64,000 nucleotides of DNA from positions 160,001 to 224,000 of the forward strand of contig CBDCNQ010000004.1 of NCBI GenBank assembly GCA_965219445.1, given 5' to 3'. Both the position numbers and the translations under genes were made by a program. Under the pieces are notes generated by a model, which did not search any database, had not been told where the DNA came from, and saw only the letters and a program-made list of their open reading frames with translations. Positions 8,999 to 20,164 of this stretch are shown here, piece after piece. The stretch is from Longimicrobiales bacterium (GTDB taxonomy: Bacteria > Gemmatimonadota > Gemmatimonadetes > Longimicrobiales > Gaopeijiaceae). Position 1 is the stretch's first letter, and each line of letters begins with the position of its first letter.

Positions 8999-10207
8999 CT
9001 AACGGTCCGACAGAGCCGCGACGCCCGGTAAACTCTTGCCCGAAAGGAGTTCGAGTGAAGCACTGCCACCCGTCGAGATGTGCGTGATGCGATCGATAAC
9101 GCCGGCCGCCACCGCGGCTGCGGCGGAGTCTCCCCCTCCTACGATCACCGTTGCACCCCGATCGGCTGTCGACGCAGCGGCCTGCGCGACCTGGAACGTG
9201 CCCGACTGGAATGGCTCAAGCTCAAAGACGCCCATGGGTCCACTCCATATGACCGTGCGCGCCCCGGCCAAGGCGTCGGCGAAAGACTCTGTCGACCGCG
9301 GCCCGATATCCCCGATGCGTTCACCCTCCCTCACTTCGTCGCGCGCCGACACACGGGTGGTGGCATCGGACGTGATGCACGGGGCCGTTACCACATCCAT
9401 GGGCAACAGAAGCTTGTTTCCGGCCGAAACCATCAGTGAGCGTGCCGTATCGATCCGATCGTCTTGCACGAGAGAATCGCCCACGGCCCAGCCTTGCGCT
9501 TTGTAAAACGTGTTGGCCATGGCCCCACCGATCAGCAGCCGGTCCACGGAGGGAAGCAACGCCTCGATCACGTCTATCTTGCTCGAAATCTTCGCCCCGC
9601 CGATGACGGCCACGAAGGGATGCTCCGGGTCGGCCATGGCATCGCAAAGGAAACGGAGCTCCTGTTCCAATAGAAACCCCGCCACCGCCTCGCCCCCGGC
9701 TTCCCGTACGGCCTCGGCGATGCCCTGGGTAGAGGCATGGCTTCGGTGTGCGGTTCCAAAGGCGTCATTGACGAAGAGCTTCGTCCCATAACGAATCTCC
9801 TCCGCCCACTGGAGATCGTTTTGGACATCCTCAGAGCAGAAGCGCGTGTTCTCCAGGAGGAGGACATCTCCGCTCTTCATCCCTTGGACGGCTTCGCGGG
9901 CGAGGGGGCCGGTCGTCATGGGGCAAAACCCGACCGGAAATCCTAGAACTTCCTCGAGTTTTCCAGCGACCGGACGGAGGGAGAGCGCTGGGTCCGCCCG
10001 ACCCTTTGGTCGGCCCAGATGAGACAGCAGAACCGCCTTCGCCCCGGCCTCGACCAGATACTGGATCGTGGGCAATGTTCGTACGAGACGGGTATCGTCA
10101 ACGACTTCGCCATCTTTGCCAAGCGGCAGGTTGTAGTCCACCCGAACGACTACGACTTCGTTGGCGAGGGTCTCCGGAGGACAATCCTCGAGCGTCTTCT
10201 TGGCCAT
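8999..10207 (-). CDS. pgk: Phosphoglycerate kinase
   Basis: SHLGRP, LENTRF, NDAFGTAHR, GGGDS. Confidence 0.97.
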   Translation of the reverse strand: MAKKTLEDCPPETLANEVVVVRVDYNLPLGKDGEVVDDTRLVRTLPTIQYLVEAGAKAVLLSHLGRPKGRADPALSLRPVAGKLEEVLGFPVGFCPMTTGPLAREAVQGMKSGDVLLLENTRFCSEDVQNDLQWAEEIRYGTKLFVNDAFGTAHRSHASTQGIAEAVREAGGEAVAGFLLEQELRFLCDAMADPEHPFVAVIGGAKISSKIDVIEALLPSVDRLLIGGAMANTFYKAQGWAVGDSLVQDDRIDTARSLMVSAGNKLLLPMDVVTAPCITSDATTRVSARDEVREGERIGDIGPRSTESFADALAGARTVIWSGPMGVFELEPFQSGTFQVAQAAASTADRGATVIVGGGDSAAAAVAAGVIDRITHISTGGSASLELLSGKSLPGVAALSDR

Positions 10208-10213
10208 CCGGGA

Positions 10214-12005
<1,792 letters not shown>

Positions 12006-12009
<4 letters not shown>

Positions 12010-12857
12010 ACGGGGGTCCGACTAGACCGAGCGGCTTCTAGAGCCCGCCTCATCGCATCGATCGGGGCCGCCTCACCCCACCAGTGTTCGAAGGCCACGG
12101 CGCCCTGGTACACCAGCATCTCCCCGCCATCCACCGCCGGAATCCCAAGGTGTTTGGAGGCTGCCACGAATGGCGTAGCGCGCGGGCCATACACGAGGTC
12201 CATTACGGCACCCGCTCCTGAAAGCCGCTCGAGGTCAAGTGGGAGTTCGTCTTCACTGTCGAGCCCGAGGCTGGTCGTATTCACGACCAGATCGAAGTCG
12301 CCGTCGTCGATGTCGGAAGGACTCTCCGCGACGCGTACGCGATCTCCACCGATTCTGCGTGCCACCGCTCGGGCCCGCTCAACCGTACGATTGAGAATCA
12401 AGACGTCCTCGGCCTGATGATCTACTAGGCTGAGCAATGCCGCGCGCGCCGCGCCTCCCGCCCCGAGTAGGAGCACCCGATACCCAGCCGCGTTGCCGTC
12501 GAGAAAGTGCCGCAGTGCTCGCCCGAAGCCTTCGACATCGGTGTTGTCCCCACAGAGTTTTCCGCCCTCGCCCCAAAACGTGTTACATGCCCCCGTACGG
12601 CGGACCGCCTCCGACGGGCTGTCGATGATGGAGGCGGCTTTTTCCTTATGAGGAAGCGTGATGTTGCCCCCGCCCCCGCCCCGTGCGATCCCCGACATGA
12701 ACCCGACCATCCCCTCGGCATCGCAGCGAAGCGCCACGTACACGCCATCGACCCCGGTTTCTTGAAACGCAGCGTTCTGAATCACGGGCGAAAGCGAGTG
12801 CCCAACCGGATTTCCGAGGACCGTGAACACCCGAGTCCGTGCCGTCAGCGAGCTCAA
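12006..12857 (-). CDS. aroE: Shikimate dehydrogenase
   Basis: HSLSP, NITLPHK, DNTD, GAGGAA; TTG start overlapping upstream stop. Confidence 0.93.
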
Positions 12858-13387
12858 GGAAGGGCCTCCCGTTGGGGAGAGAGGAACTCGGTGTCGACGC
12901 GTTCGAGAGCGGCCTCCACCAAGCCGTCCAGCACCTCCAGGCACTCACGGTAGGCCTCAGCGTCTCCACCGAATGGGTCCGGCACCCCCGACTCACGCGC
13001 ATGGTCACCTCCATGGGAGAAGGCGGACAACATCCACACCTTGCCACCGCCTCCAAGCGCCTCAGCGGCATCTGCGTGTTCTGGCTCCATGGTCAGGATG
13101 AGGCTGGCCCAGGCCACCAAATCCGTGTCGAGCGGAGTGCTCCTGTGTCCCTCGAGACTCAGCCCGTTGGATTCGGCCGCTCCCTGCGCCCCCTCGCTCG
13201 CCCCACCACCGGGGGCCGCCGAGACACCCGCCGACCGGATCTCGACGCCGTCCCACCCATGCCGGCCCACCGCCCGTTCGGCGATCGCCTGAGCCATCGG
13301 ACTCCGGCAGGTGTTGCCCGTGCACACGAACAGGAGTCTGAAGCTGGGTTGATCACTCATGGATGTACCGGTCATGGGCTCATTCAC
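12854..13387 (-). CDS. Low-molecular-weight protein Tyr/Arg phosphatase
   Basis: VCTGNTCRS P-loop and DPFGG motif. Confidence 0.93.
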   Translation of the reverse strand: MNEPMTGTSMSDQPSFRLLFVCTGNTCRSPMAQAIAERAVGRHGWDGVEIRSAGVSAAPGGGASEGAQGAAESNGLSLEGHRSTPLDTDLVAWASLILTMEPEHADAAEALGGGGKVWMLSAFSHGGDHARESGVPDPFGGDAEAYRECLEVLDGLVEAALERVDTEFLSPQREALP

Positions 13388-13399
13388 GTGCTACTCCAC

Positions 13400-14092
13400 T
13401 CATATGCGGTCGGTGCCACCGTGCCCACCGGCGCCGCCGGCTCGGACAGCGGGAAGTACGCAGCGGACCCGCCCCAGGGGTATGGTACCCTGACGTAGAA
13501 CCACCGGCTCTGGCCCCGAGCAGTCGATGATCGTGGACGGCGGAGAGGGCTCCAGAGCTCCCCCGTCGAGCACCCACAGTTCCTCCCCCGCCCCGGCAGC
13601 GAGGGCAGCGCCGAGGGCACTCTGAGCGTCCAAGGCCGGAGCCTCCCCGGCCCGATTGGCACTGGTTGATAAAATGGGGCCACCCCTGCCGCGGACCAAC
13701 TCCTGAACCAGTGGGTGGGGGCTCACGCGAACCGCGACGCTCCCGTCCGATCCTCGGACGCCCTCGGGATACCGCTCCCCCGGGTCCGACAACACGAGCG
13801 TAACGGAGCCTGGCCAGAAGACCTCTGCCAGCTCAGTCGCCTCCGGCGTCCAGGTCAGATCACTCACGGCTTCCTTGTCGGGAACCAAGAGCAGCATGGG
13901 CTTCGCCGGGTCCCGACTCTTGAGTTCCGCCAGCCTGTCAATGACCGAGGGCGTCGGAAGGCCACCGAATCCGTAGACCGTTTCCGTCGGGTACGCCAGC
14001 AGTCCCCCAAGCCTCAAGTGCTCCTGTACCAAGTCGAGGGTATCTGCCGCCCGAGTGGCTTCGCGGGCATCGATGAGTCTGGGACCGGTCAC
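13400..14092 (-). CDS. tsaC: Threonylcarbamoyl-AMP synthase (TsaC/Sua5)
   Basis: YPTETVYG, K.R...KP, STSAN. Confidence 0.92.
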   Translation of the reverse strand: MTGPRLIDAREATRAADTLDLVQEHLRLGGLLAYPTETVYGFGGLPTPSVIDRLAELKSRDPAKPMLLLVPDKEAVSDLTWTPEATELAEVFWPGSVTLVLSDPGERYPEGVRGSDGSVAVRVSPHPLVQELVRGRGGPILSTSANRAGEAPALDAQSALGAALAAGAGEELWVLDGGALEPSPPSTIIDCSGPEPVVLRQGTIPLGRVRCVLPAVRAGGAGGHGGTDRI

Positions 14093-14131
14093 GACGCCGT
14101 CCAGTGGCTCGCGAACTTCCGGAACACCACA

Positions 14132-14860
14132 CTAGCAGCCTTCATGGCGGGACAACGTCAACTCGGCCATTTCGAGATCCTCCGGCCGGGTGATCTTCAA
14201 ATTGTCCGCTGACGACTCCACCATCACCACCCGGCCTCCTACCCGCTCCACGAGCGTCGCGTCGTCGGTCGCGGGGAGGTCCTCCGTGTAGGCCCGGCGA
14301 TACGCATTCATGATCACACCGAGCGGAAAAGCCTGGGGTGTCTGGGCGTGCCAAAGACGTGACCGATCCGGCGTGGTCGCCACCTGCCCGCCGCCGTCGA
14401 CCTCCTTCACCGTGTCGACCACGGGAACGCCGGCGACCGCCCCCACCCCACTCCCAGCCAGTTCGATGCACCGGCCGATGACATGCCCAGAGACCAGCGG
14501 GCGTGCCCCGTCGTGGACCACCACCAAATCGAGCGACCCCGACAGCGCCCGAAGGCCTGCCCACACGGAGTCTCGCCGGGTCTCGCCACCCTCGACCACT
14601 CGGATTCTCCGATCGGCTTCGATCAACCATGCGGGGGGAGACTCGGCATGGGCAGTCGGAAGAGACACGACCACCTCCCGAACCCCGGGTTGATCGAGGA
14701 AGGGCCGCAAGGCCCGGATCAAGACCGGCTCACCGCAAAGCTCGAGAAAGGGTTTGGCCATGCCCCCCATGCGCTGTCCGGAACCCGCGGCCGGGACCAC
14801 CACGCCGACGGTGAACTCCCCCTCCCGTGACTTCGATTGATCGCCCGCAGGCCCGGTCAC
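14132..14860 (-). CDS. ispD: MEP cytidylyltransferase
   Basis: AAGSGQRMG..K, VHDGARP, QTPQ.F, TDD, KIT..EDL. Confidence 0.95.
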   Translation of the reverse strand: MTGPAGDQSKSREGEFTVGVVVPAAGSGQRMGGMAKPFLELCGEPVLIRALRPFLDQPGVREVVVSLPTAHAESPPAWLIEADRRIRVVEGGETRRDSVWAGLRALSGSLDLVVVHDGARPLVSGHVIGRCIELAGSGVGAVAGVPVVDTVKEVDGGGQVATTPDRSRLWHAQTPQAFPLGVIMNAYRRAYTEDLPATDDATLVERVGGRVVMVESSADNLKITRPEDLEMAELTLSRHEGC

Positions 14861-16272
14861 GGCCCGTCGTGACCGCCAGGCTCTGCCCCCGCGGCCCTGG
14901 ACGATCCGCGAGCCACTGAATCGAAGCGCGTGTAGGCCTTGTGGAAGTAGAGATCCACTAGACCGGTTGGGCCATTCCGCTGCTTGCTGACGATCAGCTC
15001 GGCCTTCCCGTCGATTGAGTTCCCGTCCTTGTCCACCGGGCCAAAATAGTATTCGGGACGGTACAGAAACATGACCAGATCGGCATCCTGCTCGATGGAT
15101 CCGCTGTCCCTGAGGTCCGAGAGCTGGGGCCGTCGGTCCGTACGCTGTTCCGGCGCCCGGCTGAGCTGACTGAGTGCGACGACCGGTACCTCCAGCTCTC
15201 TCGCAAGCGCCTTGAGGCCCCTCGAGATCTCGCTCACTTCCTGAACCCGGTTCTCCGAGCGGCCGTGGCCCGTCATGAGCTGCATGTAGTCGATGATCAG
15301 GAGCCCCAGATCGGTCTCGGCCTTGAGCCGCCGCGCCTTCGCCCTCATCTCGAGGACCGTGCTCCCCGGTGAATCATCGATCCATAGGGGCGCGGTGTTC
15401 AAATGCCCAGCGGACGCGGCAAGCCGTTGGTACTCTTCGGGACTCATCTTTCCACGACGGAGCTTCTGCGCATCGACCCGGCCCTCGGCGCAGAGAAAGC
15501 GCTGCACCAGCTGCTCTTTGGACATCTCGAGGGAAAAGATGGCCACCGTCGTATTGTGCTCGATTGCGGCGCTCTGAGCCACGTTCAGAACCCAGGACGT
15601 TTTTCCCATCGAGGGGCGCCCCGCGACGATCACCAGCTCGCCTTTCTGGAGGCCGGTAGTCATGCGGTCGAGATCCTTGAAGCCCGTCGGGATCCCGGAG
15701 ATCCCACCGGCGGATTCTTGGAGACGCTCGATCTGCTCGAACGTCGGCCACAGGACCTCCTTGATCCAAACGAAGCCCTGTCGGTCATGGCTCTCGGCAA
15801 CCCGGAACACCCTCTGCTCCGCCTGATCCATGACCTCCTCGACGGAACGCTCCCCCTGGTCGTGGACGTCCCGGATGATGTCGGATGCGGCGCCGACGAG
15901 CCTCCTGAGCATCGCCTTGTCGCGGACGATTCGGGCGTGGTACTCGATGTTGGCCGCCGTCGGGACCGCGTCGAGAAGTTCCGCGAGGTAGGGCGACCCC
16001 CCAGCGGACTCGAGCTCACCCGTGTTCTTGAGCTCCTCATTGAGCGTGATCACGTCAACGACGTCCCCGCGCTCGAAGAGGCGCACCATGCCTCGGAAGA
16101 GTCGGCGGTTGGCCTCCCGGTGGAACATGGAGTCGTCGACGACCTCGATGGCTTTCGCGACCGCATCGTTGTCGATGAGCATACCGCCGAGGACCGTGAT
16201 CTCGGCCTCCAACGAGTACGGCAGCTCCCGATCGTAATCGGGCAGCGCGGCAGGAATTGAGGCAGTCTCCAT
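14857..16272 (-). CDS. dnaB: Replicative DNA helicase
   Basis: GRPSMGKT, IDYMQL, LSQLSR, SGSIEQDAD, KQRNG; no intein seen. Confidence 0.97.
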   Translation of the reverse strand: METASIPAALPDYDRELPYSLEAEITVLGGMLIDNDAVAKAIEVVDDSMFHREANRRLFRGMVRLFERGDVVDVITLNEELKNTGELESAGGSPYLAELLDAVPTAANIEYHARIVRDKAMLRRLVGAASDIIRDVHDQGERSVEEVMDQAEQRVFRVAESHDRQGFVWIKEVLWPTFEQIERLQESAGGISGIPTGFKDLDRMTTGLQKGELVIVAGRPSMGKTSWVLNVAQSAAIEHNTTVAIFSLEMSKEQLVQRFLCAEGRVDAQKLRRGKMSPEEYQRLAASAGHLNTAPLWIDDSPGSTVLEMRAKARRLKAETDLGLLIIDYMQLMTGHGRSENRVQEVSEISRGLKALARELEVPVVALSQLSRAPEQRTDRRPQLSDLRDSGSIEQDADLVMFLYRPEYYFGPVDKDGNSIDGKAELIVSKQRNGPTGLVDLYFHKAYTRFDSVARGSSRAAGAEPGGHDGP

Positions 16273-17066
16273 CAGCTTCCGTCCATGATCTGTCGAAGGA
16301 GCTGGAGATCGTCCCACGTGGAACGGGTCCAGCCCGCATTCCTCAGCAGCGCCGCAGGGTGATAGGTGACGACCAACGGGACGCCTTCATAAGCGTACAC
16401 CGAGCCTCGGAGCTTTCCGAGTGGGCGGTCCGTCCCCGTGAGCAACTGCGCTGCGAAGGTACCAACAGCCAGAATAACCTCTGGCGCAACCAGGGCAATC
16501 TGGCGCTTCAAAAAGGGTGAGCAGAGCTCGATTTCGTCCGCCATGGGGTCGCGATTTCCGGGCGGCCGGCACTTGAGAACGTTACAGATATAGACCGAGT
16601 CCTTCCGGGACAGATCCACCGCAGCGAGTAAGAGGTCCAAGAATTTCCCTGCCTGGCCGACGAAAGGCAGGCCGGTACGGTCTTCGTTGGCGCCGGGCGC
16701 CTCACCTACCACCATGAGGCGCGCCTGCGGATTTCCGTCCGAGAAGACCACGTGAGTCCGGCTCTTGGCCAGGCGGCACCGTTGGCAGCACTCGGCCACC
16801 GCCTTGAGCTCCGTGTATTTCAGGCCGGTGAGGTCGGCGTCAGTGGCGGAGATCTCCACGCCATCATCTTCGGTCGGATCGGCACGGGCAGTCTCGTGTA
16901 CCGTGGCACCACTCCGCTTCGTGTGGACCCCTCTACGCGCCCCCGCGACGGCGATGAGTACCTGCTCTCGCGTGGGCCCCTCGAGGAAGATTTCGTCGAG
17001 GCTCAGGTCCTCTTGCTGCCGAAGAAAGCGCGCGACGTCTTCGAGATTTTTCGGATCGGCACTCAC
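16272..17066 (-). CDS. Uracil-DNA glycosylase, family 4
   Basis: C..C.L Fe-S motif, GEAPG, KCRPP.NR, YHPAALL. Confidence 0.93.
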   Translation of the reverse strand: MSADPKNLEDVARFLRQQEDLSLDEIFLEGPTREQVLIAVAGARRGVHTKRSGATVHETARADPTEDDGVEISATDADLTGLKYTELKAVAECCQRCRLAKSRTHVVFSDGNPQARLMVVGEAPGANEDRTGLPFVGQAGKFLDLLLAAVDLSRKDSVYICNVLKCRPPGNRDPMADEIELCSPFLKRQIALVAPEVILAVGTFAAQLLTGTDRPLGKLRGSVYAYEGVPLVVTYHPAALLRNAGWTRSTWDDLQLLRQIMDGS

Positions 17067-18307
17067 GCGCCGGACTCGACGATCCCGGAAACCCGGTCGA
17101 AAATCACCTCTGCGACCTCATCCTTGGTTGAGAGAGGAAGCTCCTCGGTCTCTCCGTCCTCCCCGAGCAGCACTACCCGGTTCGTGTCTACTTCGAATCC
17201 AGCACCCTCCGCATTCTCTTCATTGGCGACGATCAGATCGAAACCCTTGGACTCGAGCTTCGCGCGAGCGTTTTCCATGAGAGACTGCGTCTCGAGAGCG
17301 AATCCGACCGAAACCGATCCCGTCTTCCGCACGGTGCGGGTCTCCAACGCCACGTCTGGATTCTCTGTAAGTGAGAGAGTCATGTCCGATCCCACGTCGG
17401 CCCGCTTCAGTTTCTTTTCCGAGGGGTCCGCCGGCCGGTAGTCCGCGACCGCCGCGGCGAAAACCGATACGTCCGCCTTGGGAAGGTGCTCAGAAACGCA
17501 GTCGAGCATCTCACGGGCGGTCTCGACCGTGAGCACCTCCACGCCATACGGACCCGGCAGGGACACAGGGCCCACCACAACCGTCACGTCCGCTCCCCGT
17601 CGCCACGCCGCGGCCGCCAAAGCGAACCCCATCCGGCCGGAGGACCGATTGGCGATGAACCTCACGGGATCGAACGCCTCGCGGGTAGGGCCGGCCGTGA
17701 TGAGCACTTTCTTGCCCCTCAACGGAGACGCCTCTGACAGCACCCGGCCGATCTCTTCGACGATCTCGTGGGGCTCCAACATCCGCCCAGGGCCGGTTCC
17801 TTCCCCGGCGGCCAACGGGCCGGTTCCGGGTCCGGCCACGCGGTACGACAGCGACTCCTGCAAATAACCGAGGTTGGCCTGCGTCTGAGGGTGGGAATAC
17901 ATCCGGTCGTTCATGGCCGGACAGATGAGCACTGGAGCCCTCGTCGCCAGTAGAGTCGTGGTGAGCAAGTCGTCCGCCCTACCCTGAGCCGCCCGTGCAA
18001 TCAGATCGGCCGTCGCTGGCGCCACACACACGACGTCGGCCTCGGACCCGAGCTTGATGTGGAGAGCGGCCCCCTCGGTGGAAAACATCTCAGTTGCGGA
18101 GGAGCGGCCCGTGACCCCCTCGAACGAGAGAGGCTGGACGAAACTTTGCGCGCCGGCGGTAAGAATCGTGTCGACAGCCGCGCCGAGCCGCGTCAGGTCT
18201 CGGGCGAGCTGAACGGACTTATATGCGGCGATGCCTCCGGTGACGCCGAGGACGATCCTCCGTCCCTCCCACGGACGCCGGGGATGAAGTACACGTGGGG
18301 ACGACAC
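17063..18307 (-). CDS. coaBC: Bifunctional PPC synthetase/decarboxylase
   Basis: GGIAAYK, PAMN, DPVRF..NRSSG.MG, GFALET. Confidence 0.96.
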   Translation of the reverse strand: MSSPRVLHPRRPWEGRRIVLGVTGGIAAYKSVQLARDLTRLGAAVDTILTAGAQSFVQPLSFEGVTGRSSATEMFSTEGAALHIKLGSEADVVCVAPATADLIARAAQGRADDLLTTTLLATRAPVLICPAMNDRMYSHPQTQANLGYLQESLSYRVAGPGTGPLAAGEGTGPGRMLEPHEIVEEIGRVLSEASPLRGKKVLITAGPTREAFDPVRFIANRSSGRMGFALAAAAWRRGADVTVVVGPVSLPGPYGVEVLTVETAREMLDCVSEHLPKADVSVFAAAVADYRPADPSEKKLKRADVGSDMTLSLTENPDVALETRTVRKTGSVSVGFALETQSLMENARAKLESKGFDLIVANEENAEGAGFEVDTNRVVLLGEDGETEELPLSTKDEVAEVIFDRVSGIVESGA

Positions 18308-18315
18308 ACTCGGTT

Positions 18316-18531
18316 CTACCCCTCGCGACGCCTGCGACCGACCAGGCGGAACTCGATCTGACCCGAAGTAAGCGCTTCGAGGGACTTCGTGGTGAGTTTC
18401 TTCTCCTCCCCGAGGGGGAGGGTCTCTCTGGGCAAGGAATTGAGCTCTCGAGCGTACTTCGCCGCCACGAGCACGCCGAGATACTTGCTCTGCGTGTGTG
18501 CGGCGGACTCGTCGGGCGTGAATACGCGCAT
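18316..18531 (-). CDS. rpoZ: RNA polymerase omega subunit
   Basis: SKY..V.VAAK.AR motif in gmk-rpoZ-coaBC order. Confidence 0.88.
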   Translation of the reverse strand: MRVFTPDESAAHTQSKYLGVLVAAKYARELNSLPRETLPLGEEKKLTTKSLEALTSGQIEFRLVGRRRREG

Positions 18532-18604
18532 GATGAAGCTCCTGGGCCAGGCCCTATATGTTGTCCTATTACAAACGTTTACGTCGCGCTACTCATTCGG
18601 AATG

Positions 18605-19258
18605 TCAAGATTTTTCCGCGAGAAGCCGATCGATCCGGTCTTGAAGTTCGCGAATCGCATTCGATAAGTCGATGGCTCGATCGGTCCGACGGCCCTCGGC
18701 CAAAACGATGCTCCGAACGTCGTTGATAGCGTGATCGAGGTTCTCATTGACCACGATGTAGTCGAACCGGGACGCCTGTTCCAACTCACCGCGGGCGTTC
18801 TCGATCCGCTGGGTCACGTTGTCTTCTCCCTCGGTACCCCGCTCGGTGAGGCGCTCCACCAGCGCATCCGCCGAGGGAGGCAGCACGAACACGAGAACCG
18901 CGTCCGGGACACGATCTCGCATCTGCATCGCCCCCTGAACGTCGACATCCAAGATCAGGAACCGCCCCTCTTCGCGAGCGGCCTGAAGCGCCTCCCGCGA
19001 GGTCCCGTACAGGTGGCCATGCACCTCGGCCCATTCGACCAACTCGTCGGCCTCGATCATCGCACGGAAGTCCGCCTCGGACAGGAAGTGATAGTCGACA
19101 CCGTCAACCTCGTGGTCCCGGGCAGGACGTGTCGTCGCGGAGACCGAGAAGACGACGTCCTCGATTTCCTTTACCAGAGCTCTCGCTATCGAGGTCTTTC
19201 CGGCTCCACTGGGCGCCGAGAGCACGACCGGGCAGGTCCGGTGCGCGAGTGAACTCAC
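18605..19258 (-). CDS. gmk: Guanylate kinase
   Basis: SAPSGAGKT, TTRP.R..E.DGVDYHF, YGT. Confidence 0.97.
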   Translation of the reverse strand: MSSLAHRTCPVVLSAPSGAGKTSIARALVKEIEDVVFSVSATTRPARDHEVDGVDYHFLSEADFRAMIEADELVEWAEVHGHLYGTSREALQAAREEGRFLILDVDVQGAMQMRDRVPDAVLVFVLPPSADALVERLTERGTEGEDNVTQRIENARGELEQASRFDYIVVNENLDHAINDVRSIVLAEGRRTDRAIDLSNAIRELQDRIDRLLAEKS

Positions 19259-20148
19259 TCGACGTTCTCCAACTGCTCCCGTAGTCGCTCGACCTCTTCC
19301 TTGAGACTCACGGCCGTCTGCGCGATCTGTGCGTCGTTGGCCTTGGACCCGATCGTGTTGGCCTCCCGATTCATCTCTTGGACGAGGAAGCCGAGCCTCT
19401 TCCCGACCGGCTCGCTGGCTTCGGTTTGCAGTGCCTCATTGAACAGTTCGACGTGGGAGCGGAATCGTACGATCTCTTCACTGATATCCCACTTCTCGGC
19501 GAGGTACGCGATTTCTCTCGCCAAGCGATCCTCGTCGACGGAGTGCGACTCGATCAGTTCGGCCACGGCCGTCCGTAACCGGTCACGCTCCACGACCAGG
19601 CGCTCCGGGGCATTTGCTTCGACTTGGACCAATGCCTCCTCGATGGCCTGCAGATGCTCTTCCAGGTCTCGTTGCAGCCGCGACCCCTCGGCTTCCCTCA
19701 GCAGAACCACCTCCGCAGCGGCCGCTTCCGTCAGCCTATGGATCACTTCCCCCTCCACCAGAGCCGACGCGTTTTCCCGCTCCGGGGCCCGGAAAATCTC
19801 ACCGAAACGGGAGACGTGTGACACGTCCACTGGAGCTTCGAGCTCGAGCTCACGCCGAAGGGTCTCGAGAAGCTCGCCGTACCGCTTTGCGCGCTCCAGA
19901 TCCAGTTCCGGAAGTGTGTCGTTCGCCTCTGTCGTATCCCGATCGATGGACAGTGTGCACGTGACGTGACCCCGACTCAGAAACGGCCTGAGCCAGGACT
20001 GGATGTCACTCTCGAAGCGGTCGAAGCCGGTGGGAGTGCGCATGTTCACGTTGAGGAAACGATGGTTGACGGTCTTGATCTCGACACGCGCGACGCCTGC
20101 CGCAGTCACCTCCTCAGCCTCGCCGAAGCCCGTCATGCTTCTGATCAT
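19255..20148 (-). CDS. yicC: YicC/YloC family endoribonuclease
   Basis: MIRSMTGFG, QEMNREANTIGSK, REQ.ENVE. Confidence 0.95.
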   Translation of the reverse strand: MIRSMTGFGEAEEVTAAGVARVEIKTVNHRFLNVNMRTPTGFDRFESDIQSWLRPFLSRGHVTCTLSIDRDTTEANDTLPELDLERAKRYGELLETLRRELELEAPVDVSHVSRFGEIFRAPERENASALVEGEVIHRLTEAAAAEVVLLREAEGSRLQRDLEEHLQAIEEALVQVEANAPERLVVERDRLRTAVAELIESHSVDEDRLAREIAYLAEKWDISEEIVRFRSHVELFNEALQTEASEPVGKRLGFLVQEMNREANTIGSKANDAQIAQTAVSLKEEVERLREQLENVE

Positions 20149-20164
20149 CTGCGTATCCCAGCCA

